Assembly: GCA_963744145.1 (NCBI GenBank)
Contig: CAVUSO010000001.1
Span: forward strand, 4,288,001-4,352,000
Source of the DNA: an uncultured cyanobacterium
Lineage (GTDB): Bacteria > Cyanobacteriota > Cyanobacteriia > Cyanobacteriales > CAWUOF01
Length of the DNA: 64,000 nt
Reading direction: 5' to 3'
Positions 56,605 to 64,000 of the stretch are shown here, piece by piece (position 1 is the first letter of the stretch; each line of letters begins with the position of its first letter). The position numbers were made by a program, and so were the translations under genes. The notes beneath the pieces are model-generated. The model worked only from the letters and a program-made list of their open reading frames with translations, made no database searches and was not told where the DNA came from.

Positions 56605-57822
56605 TTATTGACTTGATTCTAGTTGTTCGATCGACTCAATCAGCGATCGGATTGTAGCAGTACCTTCAGAACTTTCAAAGTGAAAAGGTAATTTACCCCG
56701 CATCAACATTCTTAATCCCAATGGTCCTAATTTAGCAAGTTTCATCCAACCTTCTAAGGAATGATTAAATAAGCGGAGAGCAAATTCACGCTCATTAATC
56801 CAACCTCCTTTTTTGACCAAGTCTACCAATAACTTACGATGACGAATCGGTTGACTGGTAGATTCATCCTTACGAGTGAGGATTTCTTGTTTAATTTTGC
56901 TAATTTGATCCATTGGTGCTACTTCCATTGGACAAACACTATTACAGTAAAAACAACGAGTACAACCCCAAACACCTCTGGTATCTTGATTATATTTTTC
57001 TAACCGATTTTCAGTTTGCCGATCGCGCGAGTCTGCTACCATGCGATAAGCTTTAGCCAAAGCATGGGGACCGACAAAACCTGGATTTACCTTTACTGCA
57101 TTACATTCAGAGTAACAAGCTCCACATAATATACAATTACCAGTCTGATCCAACTCCGATCGCTCGTTTGGGGTTTGTAAAAATTCGCGATCGGGAATTT
57201 TCCTAGCACCTGTTGAGACATAAGGATCAACTGCTTCCAGATTTTGCCAAAAACCAGTCATATCTACCACCAGATCCTTAATTACGGGCATATTGCCCAT
57301 CGGTGCTATAATAATTTCTGGAATTGACTCGATCGCGGTTGAAGTTGGGGTCAAATTGACTACTGATGTGGCGATCTGCTGTAGACGTGCTAATTCACTA
57401 CCCACATTTTCCTTACAAGCTAGAGCAGAACGACCATTTATTACCATTGCACAGCTACCGCAAATGGTATTGCGACAATTTTTCCGAAAAGCTAAAGTAC
57501 CATCTTGTTCCCATTTAATTCGATTGAGACAATCCAGGATGGTATTTCCAGGATCGACATCTAGAGTGTATGCTTGTTCCCTAGCTGTATCCTGAGCGGA
57601 GTCGAAGGTTGTACCCTGAGCGGAGTCGAAGGTTGTACCCTGAGCGGAGTCGAAGGTTGTACCCTGAGCGGAGTCGAAGGTTGTACCCTGAGCGGAGTCG
57701 AAGGTTGTACCCTGAGCGGAGTCGAAGGTTGTACCCTGAGCGGAGTCGAAGGTTGTACCCTGAGCGGAGTCGAAGGGGGGAGTATTCTCTGGCGATCGCC
57801 TGATTTTAACAATGATTTTCAT
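56605..57822 (-). CDS. sdhB: Succinate dehydrogenase/fumarate reductase Fe-S subunit with an N-terminal repeat insertion
   Basis: CRNTICGSC, CILCGACYSEC, CTRCFYCNSVCP; start at ATG 57822 (MKIIVKI). Confidence 0.93.
   Translation of the reverse strand: MKIIVKIRRSPENTPPFDSAQGTTFDSAQGTTFDSAQGTTFDSAQGTTFDSAQGTTFDSAQGTTFDSAQGTTFDSAQDTAREQAYTLDVDPGNTILDCLNRIKWEQDGTLAFRKNCRNTICGSCAMVINGRSALACKENVGSELARLQQIATSVVNLTPTSTAIESIPEIIIAPMGNMPVIKDLVVDMTGFWQNLEAVDPYVSTGARKIPDREFLQTPNERSELDQTGNCILCGACYSECNAVKVNPGFVGPHALAKAYRMVADSRDRQTENRLEKYNQDTRGVWGCTRCFYCNSVCPMEVAPMDQISKIKQEILTRKDESTSQPIRHRKLLVDLVKKGGWINEREFALRLFNHSLEGWMKLAKLGPLGLRMLMRGKLPFHFESSEGTATIRSLIESIEQLESSQ
57591..57778. repeat. 8 x 24-bp in-frame tandem repeat (ccctgagcggagtcgaaggttgta)
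   Basis: Core ctgagcggagtcgaagg at 57592 + 24n; encodes FDSAQGTT. Confidence 0.95.
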
Positions 57823-57940
57823 TTTTGATCCTAAAAAAATAAAATAAGCTATTTTGCTGTAATCGCATTGATCGGATAACCTGTTCAGATATAATAACAA
57901 TTTATGGCGATCGGTTAAAGTCGCTTGTGAGTGATCTGTG

Positions 57941-58016
57941 TTGGTTGGGCAGGTTTATGATAGTTATCTGTTTGGATCAGAATTAATTGGTGAACCTGCC
58001 CCTACAAATCCTGGTT
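57941..58016. repeat. REP-like hairpin (gggcaggtt...aacctgcccctac); inverted copy at 62461-62535
   Basis: Direct comparison of the two copies. Confidence 0.8.
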
Positions 58017-58311
58017 CATTGTGAGCATAAATTCATTCACCTGCCCTTACAAATCCTGTTAATCTTGTAATCCTCTCATCCTGATCGATTTTTTGGTGAA
58101 TCCCTGTAGGGTTACCGCTGAATTTGCTACACACAAATAACCGCATATCCGTCCCACTCCAAGAATTTTGCTGTATGGCTGAATTATCTAGGCTCGCGAT
58201 CGCTAGATGGCTCGGATATGTTTTAGGTGTCTTTTGGTCTGTTTTTCTCAATAATTGGTAAACTTTTCAGTGTAGCGATCGCATATCGAAAATTATTAAT
58301 ATTGTAAGTAT

Positions 58312-59103
58312 ATGAGCATTCAGGAAAAATTCAAAACTGTATGTGCTTTGAAAATATTTGAACCAGGTTATGAAAAGCCGTGGTTAACAGACCCTAATAA
58401 ATGTGATCAGATCCAAAATAAGCTTTCCTATTTTAATCCTAACCATAGCAATAGTTCAGAACATATTGATCAAGTTTATAAAGCGTTAACTAGAGGAGTT
58501 GGTCTAGTTGAAGCAGGGATAGAATGGGAAAATCCCGCAATTGGTGAAAAACCTAGACCCCGAAATAAAAGTAGTATCCTTGATGAAAGCAATATAGTTG
58601 ATGAAAATACGACAACTGGTAAAGAAAAGTCTCGGCGAACTGATACTGATAAATACCGAGGTATTCAATGGAAACTGGTAATCGTTTATGTTGGCTTTGA
58701 GATTATATCCAAAACATTAATGATGGATAAGTTTAATCGGACAGTTCCACCAGGAATGTATGAGCAATTCCTTGAAAAATGCGCTCTGCCTGATTACAAA
58801 CCAATAGCCGCGCCAGAGAAAAAAAGCCTTACTAAATGGCTTGATAAAGAAGATGGAGCGTTGGCAGAATTTTTGGGGATAGGGGCGGGAGATAAGAAAG
58901 CTATTGATCGATGGTTAGTTGAATCAAAACCTGTAGATTCCTGGGAACAAGCATACAAGCTAGCAAAAGCCATGAGAAATGCTTCTGCACATGGATTTCT
59001 ACTACCAAGTAGGATTGGTAAATGGGGATTAAAACATGGATTTCGTAAGTTAACTGATGATTTAGCACTAATTGTTACTGAAGGACTGAGTAAGATTACT
59101 TAA
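58312..59103 (+). CDS. Hypothetical protein with a HEPN-type RNxxxH motif
   Basis: Helical-looking 263-aa ORF; WKLVIVYVGFEI helix and AMRNASAHG (58975-58992). Confidence 0.6.
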   Translation: MSIQEKFKTVCALKIFEPGYEKPWLTDPNKCDQIQNKLSYFNPNHSNSSEHIDQVYKALTRGVGLVEAGIEWENPAIGEKPRPRNKSSILDESNIVDENTTTGKEKSRRTDTDKYRGIQWKLVIVYVGFEIISKTLMMDKFNRTVPPGMYEQFLEKCALPDYKPIAAPEKKSLTKWLDKEDGALAEFLGIGAGDKKAIDRWLVESKPVDSWEQAYKLAKAMRNASAHGFLLPSRIGKWGLKHGFRKLTDDLALIVTEGLSKIT

Positions 59104-59145
59104 TTAGTCTTTTGAATTTTGTCTAAATTGATTTTGTCAAAGGTA

Positions 59146-59175
59146 TTGACAAGTAGTTGTGATTCAGCATATTAT
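59146..59175 (+). promoter_or_regulatory. Sigma70-type promoter
   Basis: TTGACA-N18-TATTAT. Confidence 0.55.
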
Positions 59176-59176
59176 T

Positions 59177-59752
59177 AAGTTGATAAATACACAAAGAGCT
59201 GAAGACCGCAAATTTTCGCGCTTCTTGTGTATTTTTCAACTTTTGTGGCTAAATTAATAAGATTGCAAGTCCAAACACAGATAGTTGGTATCCGGCGCAT
59301 CAAATCAGGGTATTGACAATCTTGACGGTTGGTTGTAAAGTAGGTTCAATGTTTATTTGTCATTAGGCAATTGATTGAAAAAGCCCTAGTTTTCATTGCC
59401 ATTGCACAAATACAGCATATTCCTGATTGATGAAGTACACTCTGGAAGTGAAGATCACCTATTTTTAGTGCTATCTAGTGTACTTTTTTGAGCAAATATG
59501 CTGCATACAGAGACTCTGAAGGCAGCGAATTTACGCTCTTCAGCAGGTTCAATTAGGTGCAATTGGCTCAGAAAACCCTCGTTTTCACGGCTATTGTATA
59601 AGTACACAAAGAGCTGAAGACCGCAAGTTTTCGCGCTTCTTGTGTACTATCCAATATTTGTCGCTAAATTAATAAGGTTGTGAGTCCAAACGCAGACAGT
59701 TGGTATCCAACGCAAAAAGCAGGAGCTTAGTCAATACCCATACCATCAACCT
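59177..59752 (+). ncRNA. Candidate modular structured RNA (repeated hairpin modules A, B, C)
   Basis: Repeat of about 130 bp at 59188 and 59603, extra A and B modules, compensatory base changes between copies. Confidence 0.55.
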
Positions 59753-59849
59753 ATAATGAAAGATGTTCCATGTAGCGTAAGCTAATATTTGGTAGATTTT
59801 ATGTCTTAAATACTTGTCTCTATTTATCCAAAAAAAAAGGAGCATTATT

Positions 59850-60212
59850 ATGGATGAAGTAGTAAAAAAAATAGCCGCTATTGGTCTACCAGGTATCATC
59901 TTTGTAATCACAATGGCCACCACAGGTTTAGGTGGAGCAGCTGCAATTACCAAAGCCTTATATCTATTAGGTCCTGGTGGGATGATTGGCGGTATTGTTT
60001 TTCTGGGAATAATCGGATTAGTTTCGGATACTTTGACTAAATATGGGTTGACAGAATTTCTGAAAGCCGTATATGTAGAAAGGTTAGCAAAAGGCGAATC
60101 TGCGGTAGATTTATGCAAAGAGATTGATTATTTGTTTATTACTAATGAGCTTAAGCTAGTGCTTAAAGACCATTTGTCTACTATTACTAATCAAGGAAAC
60201 AGAATCATGTAA
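59850..60212 (+). CDS. Small glycine-rich membrane protein
   Basis: aaggag RBS + ATG; GLGGAAAIT...GPGGMIGG hydrophobic hairpin. Confidence 0.75.
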   Translation: MDEVVKKIAAIGLPGIIFVITMATTGLGGAAAITKALYLLGPGGMIGGIVFLGIIGLVSDTLTKYGLTEFLKAVYVERLAKGESAVDLCKEIDYLFITNELKLVLKDHLSTITNQGNRIM

Positions 60213-60248
60213 TCGCACTCTTCCAGCAAAAATGACCGTTGATTTTTT

Positions 60249-60363
60249 GGCGTTGCTTAATCAGGGTATGAAAATCCTGTAGGGGCGCAAGAGCCATGCG
60301 CCCTGGGAGCAAGAGCCATACGCCCCTACAAATTATTTATTCATACCGTAAATCAGCAACGCC
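60249..60363. mobile_element. MITE-like element (ggcgttgct...agcaacgcc ends) carrying a REP hairpin
   Basis: Terminal inverted repeats and gtaggggcg...cgcccctac; a right-end-only copy lies at about 62407-62442. Confidence 0.75.
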
Positions 60364-60453
60364 CCAATTTGCTCATAAGGTCAAAAAGAGATATCAACTC
60401 AAACTAATTGTTTACGAACCGTTAACTGAGGAGATTGTGCAATGGATAAATTA
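60364..60453 (+). pseudogene. xisH: 3' remnant of xisH
   Basis: Reads QFAHKVKKRYQLKLIVYEPLTEEIVQWIN*, overlapping the xisI start as in intact xisHI pairs. Confidence 0.75.
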
Positions 60454-60777
60454 GAGCATTATAGAATCTGTATCCAAGCCATCTTAGAACAGCATAGCCA
60501 ATATAAATCCAATGACGAAAATATCGAAAGCGCACTTTTTTTTGATCCAATACGCGATCACTACCAATTGATGCGGATCGGCTGGAAAGGCTTAAAGAGA
60601 ATCTATTACACTATCCTACATTTCGATATCAAAGAGGGCAAAATTTGGCTTCAGCAAAATACCACTGATAGCGATGTAGGTGAAGAACTATTGGCAATGG
60701 GTATTCCCAAAGAAGATATTATTCTGGGTTTACATCCTCCCTACAAGCGTCCTTATACCAAATATGGTGTTGCTTAA
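60442..60777 (+). CDS. xisI: XisI family protein
   Basis: MDKLEHYR...RDHYQLMRIGW...KIWLQQN...GIPKEDIILG. Confidence 0.92.
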   Translation: MDKLEHYRICIQAILEQHSQYKSNDENIESALFFDPIRDHYQLMRIGWKGLKRIYYTILHFDIKEGKIWLQQNTTDSDVGEELLAMGIPKEDIILGLHPPYKRPYTKYGVA

Positions 60778-60889
60778 AACCTCATGAACGATGTTCTCAC
60801 AGGTAAATTGATCTAGCCAATAATTCCCGATCGCATTTTTTGCTACTATCAAAAACCAATTAAAAATACAATAACAGGAGATTTTTATT

Positions 60890-61459
60890 ATGTCTCTGAT
60901 GACAGTTAAAGACTTAGAGCAAGTTCAAAGTACACTCTCTGAGGCGGGTTTAGATTATCAATTAGAATTAGAAAATGGGAGAATTCAAATTGTGGGGCCA
61001 TCAGATATCGTATCTAGCGAAATTGGGATTCGTCTCAGTGCTTTTCTGTTTGCCTGGGTCAATCCTCGCCGTCTCGGTCGAGTATTTGACTCCGCAGGTG
61101 GTTTTATGATGCCCGATACCAATCTGAAAGCCCCCGATGTTTCTTTCGTGCGAGCATCCCGTCTGCGCCAAAGTGTGCGTTACTTTGCCGAATTGGTGCC
61201 GGATTTGGTGGTGGAAATCAAATCTCAAAGCGATCGCGTCAAGTCTATAGAAAAGAAAATTCGGAAATTTTTAGAATTGGGAGCTACAGTCGGTATTCTC
61301 ATCGATCCGGATGAGTTAACTGTTACTGTTTATCGCGATCGCAGCGAACCGCTTGTGCTAGAAAATGAAGATATCTTAACAGTTCCAGAACTTTTCCCTG
61401 GTTGGGAATTACCTCTTAAGGAACTGTGGCCCCCTGTTTTTACCGAAGACGAAGTTTAA
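60890..61459 (+). CDS. Uma2 family endonuclease-fold protein
   Basis: ELENG, APDVSF and PDLVVEIKS motifs. Confidence 0.9.
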   Translation: MSLMTVKDLEQVQSTLSEAGLDYQLELENGRIQIVGPSDIVSSEIGIRLSAFLFAWVNPRRLGRVFDSAGGFMMPDTNLKAPDVSFVRASRLRQSVRYFAELVPDLVVEIKSQSDRVKSIEKKIRKFLELGATVGILIDPDELTVTVYRDRSEPLVLENEDILTVPELFPGWELPLKELWPPVFTEDEV

Positions 61460-61697
61460 AGAAATAACTTGGCTGTGTATTTAACTAATTTTTATTATTC
61501 CAAAACTAACCAGGATTTAGATAACCCATTACGCGATCCGCTAAACACTGGAAGTTTGCCCGATTATACAGTAAAATGAATACGCGAGTTTTCTGAAATA
61601 CCCACAATGCCCAGAAAAGTAATGACTGAACCGCATCCGTCAGAGTACAATCTAATGGTTAGTTAGACCCCATTCAAGCAATAGGATGGTAAGAAAA

Positions 61698-62279
61698 ATG
61701 ATCGCAGTAGCAACAGCAACGATAGCAACAGAACCAACAAGAAAGAAATTCACGGTAGAGGAATATTACAAGCTGGGTGAAGTTGGGATAATTGGACCTG
61801 ATGAACGGACGGAATTAATTGATGGGGATATCATTCTTATGTCACCGATGGGACGTCGTCATTTTGGTTTTTTAATTCGACTGAATAGAATTTTTTCCAA
61901 GCTTTTTAATGATCGTGCTTTAGTAGCGATACAAGGTCCAGTCAGACTAAACGGAGAATTACAACCAGAACCCGATCTATTAATTTTGAAACCTTGTGGA
62001 GATGATTACATAGAATCAGATATCCAAATCCAAGACATTTATTTACTAATTGAAGTAGCGGATACCACTATTAACCATGACCGCAATGTGAAGTCAGTCC
62101 TATATGGCAGAGCTGGGATTATTGAGCTTTGGATTGTAGATATAAATGCTGAATTAGTAGAGGTGTATCGCAATCCTGGTCCGAACGGTTATGAAAGTAT
62201 CCAACAATTCAGACGCGGCGAAAGTATCTCACCCCTGGCATTTCCAGATTTAGTAATTAGTGTTGACGATATTTTGTAG
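61698..62279 (+). CDS. Uma2 family endonuclease-fold protein
   Basis: FTVEEYY, ELIDG, PEPDL and LLIEVADT motifs. Confidence 0.9.
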   Translation: MIAVATATIATEPTRKKFTVEEYYKLGEVGIIGPDERTELIDGDIILMSPMGRRHFGFLIRLNRIFSKLFNDRALVAIQGPVRLNGELQPEPDLLILKPCGDDYIESDIQIQDIYLLIEVADTTINHDRNVKSVLYGRAGIIELWIVDINAELVEVYRNPGPNGYESIQQFRRGESISPLAFPDLVISVDDIL

Positions 62280-62559
62280 ACCAATAGTTTCGATTACTAA
62301 TCAACCGGATTCAATCGCATTTAATTTAGTTACTTCACTTCGTCTCAAACCGTTATCCCATAAGAGTCTCAGAATAGCGTAGTCGCGTTGACCAGGTACA
62401 GTATCGCCTACAAATTTATTCATACCATAAATCAGCAACGCCGAATTTATGATGACAATCAACCAGGATTTGTAGGGGCAGGTTCACCAATCAATTCTGA
62501 TTCAAACAGATCACGATCATAAACCTGCCCAACCAAACGAGATAACTTCATCAACGTGG

Positions 62560-62716
62560 AATCCGCTGTATCTGGTGGGTTTCGTCGGAATCGGTTTCTG
62601 GTTTCTGTTGCTGACGCATCCGGTAATTGGGTTTGGATTGCATCAATGATAATGCTTTGCTCAAATTTTTTGAAATCGCGTAAATCTTGAACTGCTTCAG
62701 GCGTAAGGTCACACAA
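62560..62716 (-). pseudogene. RelE/ParE-like toxin fragment truncated by a REP element
   Basis: LTPEAVQDLRDFKKFEQSIIIDAIQTQL...ETRNR, then the frame reads into the repeat. Confidence 0.55.
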
Positions 62717-63170
62717 ATAGTTGAGGATATTCTAACAGAATGCGGTCAGGTTGACAAAAAGATCGGCAGCGCACCTTTTTTTGAGTTAGTACGCGATCGC
62801 TACCAACTGATGCAGATTGACGAGAAAGTTACTATTACGTCGCCAGGCAAGTGACCACACGGAAGTATCAACAATAACCTTCATAATACTTGTCTTTGTT
62901 TCTTATAATCATTAATTTCTGAGCTGCGTCACGATAATCATGGCAGTGACCAAACGCGATCAACCATGCCATTGTCAAATAAATTTAAACCTTTGTTCCT
63001 GCTGTATCCCCTTAGCACCAGCGATCGCCCCAGCACTATCAAGCCGCAATAATCACAGAAATCGGGTCCATAATTCATCCTCACTCATTTTTAACAGGGG
63101 AAAATATTGGTCTTACTGCGGATTGCCATTACATATACCACAAAGTTAATATAATGAGATCATGAGATCG

Positions 63171-63434
63171 TAAATTGATCTAGCCAATAATTCCTGATCG
63201 GGTTTTTTGCTACTATCCAAAACCAACTAAAAATACAATAACAGGAAATTTTTATCATGTCTGAAGATGACAGTTAAAGACTTAGAGCAAGTTTCATTAT
63301 ACCCGATCCCAACCTGAAAGCCCGAGATGTTTCTTTCGTGCGAGCGTCCCGTCTGCGACAAAGTGTGCGTTACTTTGCCGAATTGGTGCCGGATTTGGTG
63401 GTGAAAATCAAATCTCAAAGCGATCGCCTCAAGT
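63171..63434 (+). pseudogene. Internally deleted duplicate of the 60890 Uma2 gene and its upstream region
   Basis: Matches 60803-60925 and 61113-61244 with the middle removed. Confidence 0.85.
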
Positions 63435-63483
63435 TAAATGTAAAGATTGCTATTCTACGAATCGTTTGCAGGAAAAAAGAATA

Positions 63484-64000
63484 ATGAGCAATTTTGCTGG
63501 GATAAGTTCAAAAGCGACCAATGAACTCTCGTGTTTTCTTCCTAATGATCTTGGAGATTTGAGTGATATTCAAAGAGCAATTCCTCGTATTGCTAAAGAT
63601 GAAAGGATTACTAGCCAGATAGAGCAATCTCTCCCTCAGATTCCAAGTAAACACGCTCTTTATCTGGGTGATGCCCGTGAAATGTCAGTGATTAGACCTC
63701 AGAGCGTTCACTTAGTATTGACATCACCACCATACTGGACACTCAAAGCATACAACAAGGTGAATGGGCAACTTGGCTACATTGACAGCTACGAAAACTT
63801 TCTTGATGAACTTGATAAGGTTTGGCAAAGATGTTTTGAGGTTTTAGTACCCGGTGGTCGGTTGATTTGCGTGGTAGGGGATGTCTGTCTTTCTAGAAGA
63901 AAAAATGGTGGACGACATACTGTAGTGCCACTCCATGCCTCGATCCAAGAGCATTGTCGCTCGATCGGTTTTGATAATCTTGCCCCAATCATTTGGCACA
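63484..64000 (+). CDS. Site-specific DNA methyltransferase (beta class, N4-C/N6-A), runs off the window edge
   Basis: Manual translation: LYLGDAREM...SVHLVLTSPPYW...LVPGGRLICVVGD...IIW. Confidence 0.88.
   Translation, partial: MSNFAGISSKATNELSCFLPNDLGDLSDIQRAIPRIAKDERITSQIEQSLPQIPSKHALYLGDAREMSVIRPQSVHLVLTSPPYWTLKAYNKVNGQLGYIDSYENFLDELDKVWQRCFEVLVPGGRLICVVGDVCLSRRKNGGRHTVVPLHASIQEHCRSIGFDNLAPIIWH

Noticed and set aside
57561..57828. Alternative-frame ORFs (PSTPLRVQ, LSGVEGCT, YPERSRRL repeats)
   Set aside because: By-products of a stop-free 24-bp repeat inside sdhB.
59199..59225. CTGAAGA as a hammerhead ribozyme core
   Set aside because: No GAAA follows the adjacent stem, so the core is incomplete.
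59669..60118. 149-aa - strand ORF
   Set aside because: Antisense to the 59850 gene, which has a good RBS.
62985..63071. - strand fragment beginning MDPISVIIAA
   Set aside because: Stops after 10 codons; at most a small gene relic that I cannot assign.

Overview
A 64-kb chromosomal segment of a HIP1-rich (GCGATCGC) cyanobacterium. The backbone is conserved housekeeping and photosynthesis genes: RsbU-type phosphatase, argH, site-2 protease, dnaK3-dnaJ, crtP-crtB, an RRM protein, prfC, txlA, ycf19, psbX, ycf66, three TolB/PD40 lipoproteins and sdhB. Three accessory patches (about 7.3-13.3, 42.2-49.9 and 58.3-64 kb) hold short AT-rich genes, TA/Uma2/XisI modules, pseudogenes and a partial DNA methyltransferase. 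Most notable: (i) a promoter-preceded, modular, covarying hairpin array of about 570 nt directly behind a gene with an RxxxxH HEPN-type motif (candidate RNA-regulated nuclease system); (ii) many accessory genes bounded closely by HIP1 sites, like cassettes; (iii) an Amt-PAS-histidine kinase-REC fusion heading a phosphorelay/adenylate cyclase cluster; (iv) a solitary type I-D-like CRISPR repeat with a leader; (v) a roughly 20-nt mini-repeat that sits inside a REP hairpin and is expanded 8x in frame within sdhB; (vi) 22-bp and 405-bp tandem arrays. Five single-base frameshifts may be sequencing errors. All calls come from reading the sequence and motifs; no database searches were run.
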